A DNA stretch of 64,000 bases from Minutocellus sp. GHC0000111 (GCA_977018835.1 OZ361257.1:2542001-2606000), one strand, 5' to 3'; shown: positions 1-11,813, counted from the first letter of the stretch. Made by a program: numbers and translations. Notes: generated by a model from the letters alone, not told the origin.

Positions 1-153
1 TGTACGCGCTTGAAAAATTGATCCCCATTCTGAAAAACTAAGCCCCTCTCCCATGCCATCGGCGACAATTGACGTGGTGGTCGACTCTAATTACATCTCA
101 GCACTCCTCTTATCTGCCGACAGTCAAGACTCTTTTCATCGGGGGATAAGATA

Positions 154-996
154 ATGTCCAGCACTGACAAACCATCCAAGACCTCCTCGTCTTCGACTGC
201 CCTCACATACACCCTCGCTGCCTGCGGAACAGTCGTCGTTACCGCCCTACTCTATCGCGCCTACAACAATCGCCGCCGATCCAAGATGGAGAAAGTTACC
301 TTCGGAGAATCCAACATCCCCGGCTACGAGATCGGCGATAAGTCCGCCCCGGCCATCATCGTTCTGCAGGAGTGGTGGGGCGTAACATCGAATATCAAGG
401 CGCAAGCCGAACACCTTGCCAAGAGTGGCTATCGCTGCCTCGTGCCCGACCTGTACAAGGGAATGCTCGGGGTTGACGTCGAGGAGGCTCACCATCTCAT
501 GGACAATTTGGACTGGCCGACGGCCAAGGACGAGATTTGCGCTGCGGCCAAGTATTTGAAGGAGACAGGATCACCGTCGGTTGGCGCGATTGGTTTTTGC
601 ATGGGCGGCGCTCTCACGCTCATTGGTGCCCAACATTCGGACGACATCACCTGTGCGTGTCCATTCTACGGTACCCCTGACCCGAGCATCTGCCAGACGG
701 AGAAGATCAGCAAGCCAATCCAGGCCCACTTTGGTGAGCTTGATACCATGGCCGGCTTTTCGGATCCCGCGGCTGCCAAGAAGCTCGAGGAGAACCTCAA
801 GGCTGCTGGTGGCACGGAAAGTGCGGTATTCATGTATCCCGGCGTTGGTCACGCCTTCATGAACGACCTGCCCGAGCCGTTCGAGAGCTTTGAGGCACGC
901 AAGGAGACCATGGGCGTCGTCCCTCCTATTGAGGAGCAGACTGCCCTGGCTTGGAAGCGTGTGCTGGAATTCTTTGACAAGCACTTGAAGGCTTAG
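154..996 (+). CDS. Dienelactone hydrolase family protein (carboxymethylenebutenolidase-like) with N-terminal hydrophobic anchor
   Basis: QEWWG, PDLY, nucleophile motif GFCMGG, catalytic D (GELD) and H (GHAFMN); intact 280-aa ORF. Confidence 0.9.
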   Translation: MSSTDKPSKTSSSSTALTYTLAACGTVVVTALLYRAYNNRRRSKMEKVTFGESNIPGYEIGDKSAPAIIVLQEWWGVTSNIKAQAEHLAKSGYRCLVPDLYKGMLGVDVEEAHHLMDNLDWPTAKDEICAAAKYLKETGSPSVGAIGFCMGGALTLIGAQHSDDITCACPFYGTPDPSICQTEKISKPIQAHFGELDTMAGFSDPAAAKKLEENLKAAGGTESAVFMYPGVGHAFMNDLPEPFESFEARKETMGVVPPIEEQTALAWKRVLEFFDKHLKA

Positions 997-1083
997 AGAG
1001 ATTTTTTCCCTTGGCAAGCTTTAGAAAGAACAAAGTAGAATCGCTTACAACTAACAATTTTGAACCCAAGTTATTGCTTCGCA

Positions 1084-2045
1084 TTATTTGCGTATTCCTT
1101 CTTGCTTTCGCTTCGCTGTTCTGGTCAAAATGAAGACAGAGCCCTTGTGACCGCGAGTTATTCGCATATCACCATCAATATATCCAGTTCTCAACCATCC
1201 CGTTGGTCCAACAATACCAAGAGGAAAGGTAATGTCCACGGGAGAATTCTTCACCTGAAGTCGACAGGAGTGAAACTTCACATCTATCCGTCTTTGATCA
1301 TCTCTGTTGGGCTTGAAGGCTACGTCCACGAACAGTGATCCTTTGACGGGCAACGGCTGACGAAGCTCGACGCTCACCACATTTCGCACCCTTGACTTCT
1401 TCCTATCGATGGCCTGGCTGCTTCGAACTGGTGGTGCCGATTCACCGTCGCTGCCGCCAGATGGCTCCAGTATGCCAATGGACTCCAACCGATCTTGGAT
1501 TTCTCGTGGCAGTATTGGATTTGCCCGTCCGCCACCGCCACCTCCTCCGTTTGGGTTGTTGCTGTACGATTGATTCTCAAGTGGATTGATAAACGAAAAC
1601 ACACCTCGCTGGGACTCGGCGCTGGTTTTGTCTTGCACCGTCCAAAGAAGTTCCCAATTGCCCGCGAGCTCCGATAACACGTCCTCGTCCGACGTTGGAC
1701 ACTGATCCTCGAGGTCACGTACTGCGGCCAGAATATCATTGGTCAGACCTCGAGGCGTCGGCGCGTTGCTCGGCACCTCATCGAGGAGGTCAAATAGTCT
1801 CGACTTTGCATCGGTGGTATCAGAGACTGATGCTGCCGCCGATCGGCATGCCACTTTTGGTCGGTGGGGCTTGCTGTAACACTTGCATGAGAGCTGAAGC
1901 CATCGTGCCGCCGCATATCGGTAAGATACGTCGCAGTTACTTTTGATTGGTAGGCGCTGGGAGGCGCGCTGAAGCCATCGGCAAGATATACCGCAGACAA
2001 CATCAGCGCGACATATGTGCTAGAATTGGAGCAAGCGCATATCAT
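1084..2045 (-). CDS. Plastid lipid-associated protein (PAP/fibrillin family), probably plastid-targeted
   Basis: LAGNWELLWT and C-terminal GWLRTGYIDGDMRITRGHKGSVFIL; upstream frame carries signal peptide ...VYLADG-FSAP; the two frames join via a small intron (GT at 1940) or a frameshift near 1870. Confidence 0.8.
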
Positions 2046-2880
2046 CTTGGCGGTATGGAAGGGATCGGATGCGAGGTTGATGAAGAAGGTTGGTTGCTGC
2101 TGCTGCTGCGGAAGTACTACGCTGGAACTGACGAGGTGGGACACCCTCTTTGCCCCCCGAACGGTTAGAGATACGGCACAAGTCGAACAGAGTTACCCCA
2201 GGTAAATTTATGCGTTCTTTCGATTGGTCGTTGCGACAAAGTCTGGAAACGGCCGGAAAGCGGTCTTTTTGGGGGGGTATTTTTTCGAAATCGGCAAAGA
2301 AACGATTTTTTTCTTTTGTCGCGACGACAGGACTGTTCCTCAAGAAAACAATTCATAGTAAAGTTTTTTCAGAATTGCTCTATCTGCCTTGGTTGTTGGG
2401 GCAATTAACCTTTTTCTGTTTTACTAGGCGGTTGTTAGTATCTTTTTTTCTCGCCAATTTTCTGAAACATAAAATTTTCTCCAACCTGATAAATTTTATG
2501 TTCGCTTTCTCCGTGACGTGGCCATTTTTCAAGCAGGCGAAGTTAGCGAAAAAGGGTCATGTTCAAGGCAACTAATTGCTATCACCAACTCGATTGCATC
2601 GGCTGAAAATACATCAGGAGAACCCTCTCAGAGTGCTCTATCGGTTGGTATGTCGGTGGTTTTCTGAGGTTGAGTGTGAGTGATTTTATTACTAGCACAA
2701 GACAGTGAGTTTTATTCTGTTTCCAGCGTAGCTAGCTAGCCTAGCTACGTAGTAAGTCATTTGAGAGCGAGAGGCGTACCGCCACGTCATCGGCTTCATA
2801 CAGAAACATAGGATTCCTCATTGCAGTAGCCGCTCAGCCGCCAAAATCTCGCAAAGTCAAACGGCAAAAATGCCACAACA

Positions 2881-3825
2881 ATGGCAATGACCACCGAGAT
2901 ACCAGTTGACCCTACCTCTCTCAAGGCCCTCCGAGGTCTCTGCGATGCCTTTCCAAGCCTCTCCAAGCGATGGCAAACCAGCACCGCCATTGACGGTAAC
3001 TTGGGTGACTTTGGACCGCCACCGCCAGCACAAACGGCACAGACCGTGCCCAATGACGTCGACGACACTGCTTCGACGCATTGGTCTTCAATGGCGGCGT
3101 TCGACGACAACGGTGTCGTCACCGGCCTGGATTTGGGCGGAATGCGCATGAAATCGTTGAATCCGGCCCTGCTATCGGATCTGAGTGCATCTCTTGTCAC
3201 CTTGAATTTGGCCAACACCGACCTGCCCCTCACGGACGAAGCACGTTCGGCGATATGCCAGCTGGGCAAGTTGGAGGTCCTCTGCTTGGGCGGAAATGGC
3301 ATAAATGATGCAAACATTGATTCGGTTGCGGATATTGTCAAGTGCAGTGAATCACTGGCCAAGTTGGATCTGCGATATAATGATCTTGGACCAAAGGGTA
3401 TCCAAGCTCTGTGCAAGGCAATTGCAGATTGCCAATGTGAGAAATTATCGTGCATTCATTTGGAAGGCAATAAGGTTGGGGATGATGGATGCCGATATCT
3501 TGCCAAAGTTTTGAGCAAGTCAAATATATCCGAGTTGTACCTTGGTGATAATGGCATCGGACCGGCTGGCGCGGCACATTTTGCGGATGCGCTGGCAAAG
3601 GATGATACAAAGCTCGAGAAGCTCTTTCTCGAAGGCAATCAAATCAAGGCGCAGGGAGCCGAGGCGTTGGCAACAGCATTGGAGGGACTCTGGGCCAAGA
3701 GTGAAGGCGGAGCTGGCATCGCATTGAAGCATCTCTATTGTGATAATAATGGTGTGGGGAAAGAGGGTATGAAGAGATTGGCTCTGGCCTTGAGGAGTCC
3801 GACTGCTGTTGGGGATAGCTTGTGA
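2881..3825 (+). CDS. Leucine-rich repeat protein (ribonuclease-inhibitor-like LRRs)
   Basis: Repeated LxxLxLxxNxIGxxGxxxLA units (LDLRYNDLGPKG, LYLGDNGIGPAG, LFLEGNQIKAQG). Confidence 0.9.
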   Translation: MAMTTEIPVDPTSLKALRGLCDAFPSLSKRWQTSTAIDGNLGDFGPPPPAQTAQTVPNDVDDTASTHWSSMAAFDDNGVVTGLDLGGMRMKSLNPALLSDLSASLVTLNLANTDLPLTDEARSAICQLGKLEVLCLGGNGINDANIDSVADIVKCSESLAKLDLRYNDLGPKGIQALCKAIADCQCEKLSCIHLEGNKVGDDGCRYLAKVLSKSNISELYLGDNGIGPAGAAHFADALAKDDTKLEKLFLEGNQIKAQGAEALATALEGLWAKSEGGAGIALKHLYCDNNGVGKEGMKRLALALRSPTAVGDSL

Positions 3826-4042
3826 CTTGACAGATAGGGTAAATGCTACGTAGCCTTAATCCTTTGCATAAATTGCACACAATTCTTCAAATTTCAATCT
3901 TCCGAAATATGTATCACTCCTCTTCATGCAATGAAATTCATACTGCTAGCAAGATGCCCTCTCATTCAGATACATGTCATTGGCAATCGTCAATCGAATC
4001 GAATCGGTATGTAGAGAACAATCGAAGCGTCCTAATGAGACC

Positions 4043-5044
4043 TTATCCCCTGATCAGGAACTTCAGTCCCTCGTTGAAGAAGAGAAAGTCACTGAAACGC
4101 ATCTCGTCATCATAATAAAACATTTCTTCAAACTCGTCGTCGTCCAAATCACTGTACTTCCAAGAGCTCGGGTACATTGTTCCCTGAGTGTGCTCGACAT
4201 GATTTGGCACGGGCCACTGATCGTCGCGGTAGCACCCGTCAATGCAGTCTTCGAAATCAGATGCCATGACAATGCTCAGGGCTAGCGACTTGCGATCGAT
4301 GGCGACGATGGTGGGCCTGACATCCTTCAAAACCGAGATTCTGTCGTCGTAAGCACCCTCATGGTCCCAGGAAGATTCGTACCGATCGAGGAAAGTCCAT
4401 CCTTCACCACGGCCCAGAAGCTTCTCCATGGACTTCCACTTGCTGAGATCAAGCTCGGTCAGATCGAAGGCGATGCCGTTGCCACGGCCGAACTTTTTGG
4501 CAAGTTCCATGGTCGGCTTGAAGACTCCACCGGCGAGGAATGTGGTGCCGACCTCCGCATCATCCTTGTCCGATTTATTGACCTTCGCGAAGCGAACGTA
4601 GAAATCAAGCTTCTTGCTAAGCTTGTATCCCAGGTCGTACTGGACTGTCTCCGTATTGGACGGTTTCATCATCTCCACCTTGGCAGCATACTCGGCCAGC
4701 AAAAAATGACGGTACCGGCGAGAGCTCCGAATCACTCGGTCTCGAGCAGTATTGCCAGCAACCTTTTTGCCGGCACCAATCTTCTTATCCAGCGCCGTCC
4801 ACACACCAACGGCGGCACCCTGGACGAACTTGGCGGTCATCTCCGAACGCACCAGAGAGGAAACATCGAGGAAACTCAGGGACCTGCCAAGGGTGTCGGG
4901 TGTGAGGACGGTAGCGAGAGGGCTGGTCTGACGGACCGGTGCCGGGGCTGACTTGCGCTTATCGCCCTGCTGCTTCGAGGCACCCTGGCCATGACCGGCG
5001 GAGGTGGCCGCCGCCTTGCGCTTCCTCGTCGATCTGCGGGGCAT
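4043..5044 (-). CDS. Hypothetical protein with F-box-like N-terminal motif; paralog of 60224..61192
   Basis: 333-aa ORF; LTPDTLGRSLSFLDVSSLVRSEMTAK resembles the F-box consensus; N-terminal half nearly identical to the paralog. Confidence 0.7.
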   Translation of the reverse strand: MPRRSTRKRKAAATSAGHGQGASKQQGDKRKSAPAPVRQTSPLATVLTPDTLGRSLSFLDVSSLVRSEMTAKFVQGAAVGVWTALDKKIGAGKKVAGNTARDRVIRSSRRYRHFLLAEYAAKVEMMKPSNTETVQYDLGYKLSKKLDFYVRFAKVNKSDKDDAEVGTTFLAGGVFKPTMELAKKFGRGNGIAFDLTELDLSKWKSMEKLLGRGEGWTFLDRYESSWDHEGAYDDRISVLKDVRPTIVAIDRKSLALSIVMASDFEDCIDGCYRDDQWPVPNHVEHTQGTMYPSSWKYSDLDDDEFEEMFYYDDEMRFSDFLFFNEGLKFLIRG

Positions 5045-5258
5045 ATTGCTTGAGGTACCGATGGTTCTTCAACTCAAACAGCAAAAATAATATGGCAAAT
5101 CGCAAAGCAAATCGTCGTCGATTCTTGAACCTTAGTGCTTGTCTTCAAATTTTCTAGTGCCTCTAAATCCCAATTTCCTTTGCTTTTCGACCACAAGCCG
5201 CCGGGGCCGGAGTTGGGCCCGTGCCGTTTGCCATCTTGGTGCCACGATACGAGCGCAT

Positions 5259-7120
5259 CATGGCGGTCGGGGCTTGGCCCATGCGTGTTTTTCAGCGGGC
5301 GAGTGACAGGGCCGGTCGCCTTTTGTTGAGCCCCCTCTCGTCGGTCCAGCATCGGCATCGGCAGTATCATGTGCGTGCCGCACTGGCGGTAACCAGACCG
5401 TCCTTCGTCCGCCCGTTCACCGGTACTGTCTCGGCAGATGATCGACGTGTTAGAAATGGCGGGGCGCCCTCGCCGCTGAATCGCCAAGTGGTGCATGCTG
5501 ACGATCGGTGTTTCAATACCAGTGGCTTTGGGTTATGGAATGCAAGGCTTATCCATGGCGTTCGGCGCCGCATGTCTTCGTTGGTTTCGGGAGAACCGGC
5601 AACGAAGTCCGATCAATCGCTGTACTTTGAAGGCCCCTGGTACGAAAAGTATTTGTTGCTGAAAGAATACAAAAAGGAGCACGGCAATTGTTTGGTTCCG
5701 TCATCATTTGTCTACGGCGGCGTCAACCTAGGCCATTGGGTTGCCCACCAGCGGCGATTCTACAATAAGGGGAAACTGTCGCAGAACCGCCGTGAGATGG
5801 TGGATGCACTCGGTTTCAGCTGGGATCCTTATGGAGATCAATGGGAGCGCAATTTTGGTTTGCTGGAACAGTTCCAAGAACGGGAAGGCCATTGTGATGT
5901 ACCAGTACATCATGAAGAGGAAGGAATCAGGCTTGGTGAATGGTTGCAAAGGCAAAGAGCGAAGATGAAGAATGGAAAGCTTGATGAATCACACCAAGGA
6001 CGACTGGAGGAGCTTAGCGTAAGTTTTGACCCACATAGAGATCAGTGGGAGCGGAATTTTGCCTTGCTTGAACAATTTCAAAAAAGGGAAGGCCATTGTG
6101 ATGTACCGAATATTCATGAAGAAAAAGGCGTCAAGCTTGGCTCTTGGCTGGGATGTCAACGAGATATGTACAAGAAGGAAAAACTCGATGAATTATTGCG
6201 CCGGCGGCTCGAGAAGCTCGGCATAAGCTGGGATCCTCTTGCCGATCAATGGGAGAATAACTTTGCTTTGCTCAAACAATTTAAAGAGCGGGAAGGCCAT
6301 TGCAATGTTCCACGATCACATGAAGAGGATGGAGTGAGGCTTGGTTATTGGTTGGCCACTCAAAGAGCGACGATGAAGGAGGAGAAGCTAAATGAATCAT
6401 ACCAAAGACGGCTTGAGGAGATCGGTGTGATCTGGGATCCATTGAAAGATCAATGGGAGCAAAAATTTGCCTTGTTAGAACAATTCAAAGAGAGAGAAGG
6501 CCATTGTAACGTTCCTCAAAAACATGTGGAGGATGGAGTCAAGCTTGGTTTGTGGCTGAGTTACCAGAGAAGCAGGAGAGGGAAATTGGAAGAATCATTG
6601 CAATGCCGCCTTGAGAAGCTTGGTGTCAGGTTAGATCCTCTTGCCGATGTATGGAAATGATATTTTTAGTTTTGTTGGAACAATTCAAAGAGCGAGAAGG
6701 TCACTGTAATGTTCCCCATTTGCATGAAGAGGATGGAATCAAGCTTGGTGTGTGGTTGAATAGGCTTAGACAGGTTAGAAAGGGAAACAAGGACGGCAAT
6801 TTAAGTTCGGGGCAGATCGAAAGGCTTGAGAATCTCGGAGTGGTCTGGGATCAATTGGAGGATCAATGGGAGCGGAACTTTGCTCTGCTTGAACAATTCA
6901 ACGGGCGAGAGGGCCACTACAACGTCCCGCATTCCCATGAAGAGGGTGGGATCTCGCTTGGCACGTGGTGAACAAGGCAAAGAAAGTCGATGAAAATGGG
7001 CAAGCTGGATGAATCGTATCAGCGAAGTCTCGAGAAGCTCGGCATCAGTTGGGATCCATATGCTGATCAGTTTGAGCAAAATTTTGCTTTGCTTGGGCAC
7101 TTCAAAGAGCGGCATACGAT
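5259..7120 (+). CDS. Tandem helicase-associated (HA) domain protein with a degenerate 3' end
   Basis: ~67-aa repeats WExNFALLEQFKEREGHCNVP...LGxWL..QR...LEELG..WD; 5 repeats precede TGA 6658; two more plus a partial one follow a +2 frameshift (~6667) and in-frame TGA (6969); start uncertain (5259 or 5572). Confidence 0.8.
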
Positions 7121-7224
7121 GGTAATTTTTTCATTTGTGCGGGACTATTTTGCATTTACTACTCTAGCCAGAGCCACTATGGATAAGCAATCAACTTTCG
7201 TGCATTCATTAATTCAATTTATGT

Positions 7225-9771
7225 TTAGATACGGTAAACCGCACGGATGCCCAACAAATCGAAGCACTGACGCATTACCACAGTCGTGGCACGGCACAGA
7301 AGCAGTCGGCTCTCCATCTCAGGACTTCCCAATACCTTGCACTGCGTGACAAACTCCGACGCGGCAGTGACGACGCTGTACAAAAAGTCGCAAATGTGAT
7401 ACGGGTACAGATCCTCCAGGGTCGTTTCGATGGTATCGGCAAACATTTGCAAATACAGAGCAAGGTTGCGCTCGGAGGGATGGCCGATGACAATCTTGCC
7501 CGTCTTGAGAAGCTCCTCGATATCCTTGCCCTGCTGCGTCTTGCCCTTGCTAATAATGGACTCTAGCCGAGCGTGGGCGTAGAGCAGATAAATGGCCGTG
7601 TTGCCCTTGAGGTCGAGCATGCGATCGTACGAGAATATGTAGTTGGTGGTCGGGTTGCGGCGCAGATCGAAGTACTTGACAGCACCGTATCCAAGGGCCG
7701 AGGCAGTCTCGTGCAGGTCCTCCTTGGTAATACTGGCGGTGCCGGCCTCAATGCGCTCACCGAGGCCCTCCTCCTGGCGACGGACGGCCTCGTCCAAAAG
7801 ATCGACCAGACGGACCGTCTCACCCGATCGGGTCTTGAAGCGCTTTCCATCCTCCCCCATCACGGTACCGAAGCCAATGTGCTCCAGCCGGTGGACGCCG
7901 GGCTCGGCCCAGCCAATCTTCTCGGCGGCCGCGAAGCACATCTTGAAGTGATCGGCCTGGCTGTAGTCCGTAATGCAAATGATGCGCTTGGCACCGATGG
8001 TGTGCAGCCGATACTTGAGCGCGGCCATGTCGGTGGAATCGTACCCGTACCCGCCGTCGGACTTTTGCACCATAAGAGGGATCTTGTACTTGGGCACCCA
8101 GATGCATTTGGCGCCACCCTCCTCGACGGACAGCATGCCCTTGTCCTGGAATTCGTCAATGACCGGAGGAATTTTGTCGTTGTAGAACGACTCGCCGCAT
8201 TCCTTGACGGTAATGTCCAACCGATCGTACACCTTGTCAAACTCCTTGCGGCTGATGTCACAAAGTAGCTGCCAGATCTTGATGCATTCGGGATCGTGGG
8301 CCTGGAGGTCGACGACGTTCAGTCGGGACTTTTCCTTAAAGTCGGCATCCTCATCGAACCGGGCCTTGGCGGCCTTGTAGAAGGCCGTCAGGTCGGTAAT
8401 GTTCACCTCCTCCCCCTGGCTGATGCCAGGATACTCCTCCCGGAGGTACTGGATGAGCATGCCGAACTGCGTCCCCCAATCGCCGACGTGGTTGACGCGC
8501 TCGACCTCGTGTCCGGTGAATTCCAATATTCTGCATACCGATTCGCCAATGATGGTCGAGCGGAGATGGCCGACGTGCATCTCCTTGGCAATGTTGGGAC
8601 TGGAGAAGTCGACGACGCACTGCTTGTAGTCGGCCTGGGGGGGAGGGGGTCGGGGCACACCGTCGCTCAGCAGCGAATTCATGTGGGTTTGCAGATAGGC
8701 ACCCTTGACACGACACAAAAGGAAGCCAGGGCCGTTGATTTCCAACGATTCGACGGCCGGATTGTCGGCGGGGATGGCGGCAAGGATGGCCTTGGCAATG
8801 TCCTGGGGGCTGTTGATGCCGGGGGGCATACCGGCCTTCTTCATGGCACCGAACAGACGCATGGCGGCGTTGCACTGATAATCTCCGTGCTTGACGTTGC
8901 CGCATCGCTGGACGACGGGGTCGGCATCGGCGTGATCGGGAAAGGCCGTGCCGATGGCCGTGGCAAATACGGCCGTGATGGCCTTGAGCTGCGAGGGGTT
9001 GGTGGCATAGTTGAAGGGCGGCGGGGGGAGGAGGGAGGCGATGGAGGACAGTCCCTCCAAGAAGGACTTGTGGGCCGTCTGCGCCGTTACGTACGCCTGC
9101 ACTTCGGCGGGAAAGGTGGTGGGATCAACATCCTTGGTACGGAGCAGCGTTACCACAATCGACACATCGGCCGCGGTAGTCGCATCCCCGACCAGATGCG
9201 TACCACTCCCACTGGTCAAACCAGCACTCAGCGTGGTCATGGCGGCGGCAATCTTTTTGGGATTGCCACCCGCCAAAGCTGGACGGAGGGTCGTGCGTTC
9301 GTACTCGAGCCAATCGTCAACGGCGGCGCTGTACGCCTGTCCCTTATCACCGAGCATGCTGAGGGCCTTGGCGATGGCATTGCCTCCAAAGGCCAGCGGG
9401 CCGGCGGGGCTGCCGGTGGCGCTGTCGAGGAGGGCGGCGCTGTTGTCGTGCAGGAAGGGGAGGGCGACCGAGGCGGACGACGAGGCGGGCTTGACCAAGA
9501 CGCCAAAGATGGAAGCGGCGACGGCGGCCTTGGCCGTGGAGAGGGAGGTCTCCGCGGCGTGGGCCAGGTAGTACGTCTTGGGGCCTGCGGGTGCCGGAGC
9601 CGGAGCGGCCGGGGCGGCACCGCCTGCGGCAGAACCGGACTTGGCATCTCCACCGCCCTTGGCGGCGGCCTTCTTGGCATCCTTCTCGGCCTTTTTCGCC
9701 AGTTTCTTCAGCTCCTTCTTGGAGGGCTTCTTCTCGCCGCCAGCGGCGGCAGCTGCGTTATTGTCGGCCAT
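7225..9771 (-). CDS. RARS: Arginyl-tRNA synthetase with Lys-rich and GST-C-like N-terminal extension
   Basis: FSSPNIAKEMHVGHLRSTIIG (HIGH), NHVGDWGTQFGML, KSDGG, KRFKTRSG, GNTAIYLLYAHAR, DALR domain; likely start MADNN at 9771. Confidence 0.97.
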   Translation of the reverse strand: MADNNAAAAAGGEKKPSKKELKKLAKKAEKDAKKAAAKGGGDAKSGSAAGGAAPAAPAPAPAGPKTYYLAHAAETSLSTAKAAVAASIFGVLVKPASSSASVALPFLHDNSAALLDSATGSPAGPLAFGGNAIAKALSMLGDKGQAYSAAVDDWLEYERTTLRPALAGGNPKKIAAAMTTLSAGLTSGSGTHLVGDATTAADVSIVVTLLRTKDVDPTTFPAEVQAYVTAQTAHKSFLEGLSSIASLLPPPPFNYATNPSQLKAITAVFATAIGTAFPDHADADPVVQRCGNVKHGDYQCNAAMRLFGAMKKAGMPPGINSPQDIAKAILAAIPADNPAVESLEINGPGFLLCRVKGAYLQTHMNSLLSDGVPRPPPPQADYKQCVVDFSSPNIAKEMHVGHLRSTIIGESVCRILEFTGHEVERVNHVGDWGTQFGMLIQYLREEYPGISQGEEVNITDLTAFYKAAKARFDEDADFKEKSRLNVVDLQAHDPECIKIWQLLCDISRKEFDKVYDRLDITVKECGESFYNDKIPPVIDEFQDKGMLSVEEGGAKCIWVPKYKIPLMVQKSDGGYGYDSTDMAALKYRLHTIGAKRIICITDYSQADHFKMCFAAAEKIGWAEPGVHRLEHIGFGTVMGEDGKRFKTRSGETVRLVDLLDEAVRRQEEGLGERIEAGTASITKEDLHETASALGYGAVKYFDLRRNPTTNYIFSYDRMLDLKGNTAIYLLYAHARLESIISKGKTQQGKDIEELLKTGKIVIGHPSERNLALYLQMFADTIETTLEDLYPYHICDFLYSVVTAASEFVTQCKVLGSPEMESRLLLCRATTVVMRQCFDLLGIRAVYRI

Positions 9772-10036
9772 CGTTGCGATCTTCACGTACAACCAACTTG
9801 AAAATGAGCGGCTTCGGCATGCTTTGAGCTCATATCCTATCATCATCGAAACTTCGCCGGCTTCGCCGGATGCAAACATCATGCCCATTTTTTTTTTCAA
9901 GTCAAGTAGATCTAGATCTAGACTACATGTACACGTACATATTACAAATCAGCAAAGGTGTACATGTACCGTGTTCGTAGTTGTTCGCACATGTAGGTAT
10001 CTTCATTGTTTTTCTCCAATGTGGTGCTTTTATTTA

Positions 10037-11271
10037 TCATCGGGTATCACTACGCGCCAAACATGAGGAAGAAGCAGAGCGAGAGAAGGCAAGAGCATCG
10101 GCACAATGCTTGGCAGCGCTGGCAAAAAGATCGTCTCTCTCCTTGGCTCGGCTTTCGTCCTCAGGTGGTATTGCCCTAGCTCTCTCAACATCATTCTCCA
10201 TTCGATCCTGACAGTACTTGTCGTGAGGGACAATATCCGTTGCAAATACAAACAAAACCAGCACGTATCGTGTCCCCGCGGTTATTGGAGCTCCACTGTG
10301 CAGAACATCGCCGGGATGAAACAGAACATGTCCACTGTCCAATCGGACGGGATCATTCCAAAACCTCCATCGACATAGTCGTCGGGCGCGTTCAGAGCAA
10401 TGTTGGCGGTGAGAAGCAGCCCATCCCGATGCATCCCAAGCTCAACTCTTCCTTGGGATGCATCGTATTTGACGACACGACATCCACCAAGTCGCAAATT
10501 CTCCGCCGTGGTAAAGGCGTCGAGGGAAGGAAATGCCTGTATAATGGCAGGAAACAGTCTTGGCAACAACTCAAAATTCACCAGAGAATACGTGCGAGAG
10601 AGATCTTCCAGCTTGATCATATGCCCCACTCTATCGGCGGCCGTCCCGTATCTTTCCTGGCTGCTGCCCCACCCATAGTAGTGATTCTCGCACTCATTGA
10701 TGATATCCTGGCATTCCTCGGCCGATAGAATGGAATCAAGAGACACTCGTGCCAACTCCTCGGCAGTAAATGGCGGTGGGACGGTGCGCCGATCGAGTTC
10801 CAGCAGCATGGAGTCGAACAAGGTAGAGAAGTTGCTGACTTTTTCTGCAGCAGTGCCAGTGCCAGAGTCAGCTTTGGGCCCAGCGCCAGGACCATCAATC
10901 AACTCAACAGTTGCGCTGGAAGTATCACTCGGATGCAAGCTATAATGAGTGTATCCCGAGGGCATATTGGCAAAATCCCACTCGGTAATGCCGTCCTTGG
11001 ACTCTGGGGTAAAGTATCCATAAAACAGATCTTCGCTTCTGCGGATGGCATCTTGATGGACACGAATGTTTTCTTGTATCACATTCTCGTCGATGTGATG
11101 CAGCCGCGAAACAACGGTCTCGTCTTGAAAGTCAGGTACGTCAAGGGCACTGTCAGTGCCGATGCCGATGCCGATGCTGGCGAGTGGTTTGTGGTGGCGT
11201 TGGACTGCCGCTGCAGGAGCAAATGCTGCGGCAAGTGGGACCACCAACGCATGTATGCCAAGCGAGAGCAT
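10037..11271 (-). CDS. 2OG-Fe(II) oxygenase (prolyl/lysyl hydroxylase-like), plastid-targeted, frameshifted near 10360
   Basis: Signal peptide ending AAA-FAP; VVKYDA, HRD, NIALN; in a second frame GHVLFHPGDVLHSGAPITAGTRYVLVLF (distal His and 2OG-binding Arg). Confidence 0.8.
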
Positions 11272-11813
11272 GAGTGACGTCTATCGAAGGCAATAGGAAT
11301 TTTCCTCCTGTGAATGTGAATGGAGCTGCTGCGCATGAACCTGCATTGCTTCATCGCTCGTGGTCCTCATTGCTGCATCCTGCTCTGACCTGGCAGTTTT
11401 GGTCCGCAGCATCAGGCCCCAAGGAAAGAGGCCGCACGTCGGCACGTACAATCATGAAAGTAGCAATCACAGCATCAGCATCTCAGCTGCTGCTGCAGCA
11501 CGAAAGGCATTTGGCAACGCATTGCTTGCCATAATGAGCAAGCACGATGGGCCGTAGGACTTGTGGAGCTGTTCAACATGATATCTGGTCCTCCTTCACT
11601 CCCTCTCATCACGACATCACGTCATGCATGTCGTACGGACGGCGGCCGGATGGTGTCGTCCGGGTTCGTTTGTCCTCCCAAAAAATGCTGCAACATGCTT
11701 CATGACTGCAAGATAGAACCATTCGCCGGGAACCAACCACGAACAAAGCCAGCGACCACCTTCATGGCATTCACAATCTGCACGTCTTTTCATCGCCTTG
11801 TAACGCAGTCAAC

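Noticed and set aside
6658..6971. TGA recoding (selenocysteine or Trp) in the HA repeats
   Set aside because: The TGAs replace non-Cys, non-Trp consensus positions, one sits beside a frameshift, and TGA is a normal stop elsewhere (e.g. 3825)
8296..9801. 501-aa plus-strand ORF, and similar long antisense ORFs at 18246, 19431, 35029, 54578 and 56614
   Set aside because: Antisense shadows of GC3-rich real genes; no motifs of their own
9772..9900. N-terminal extension of ArgRS in the ORF track (MKKKMGMMF...)
   Set aside because: Starts at TTG next to a homopolymer; MADNN at 9771 is the more plausible start, although an alternative targeting extension cannot be excluded
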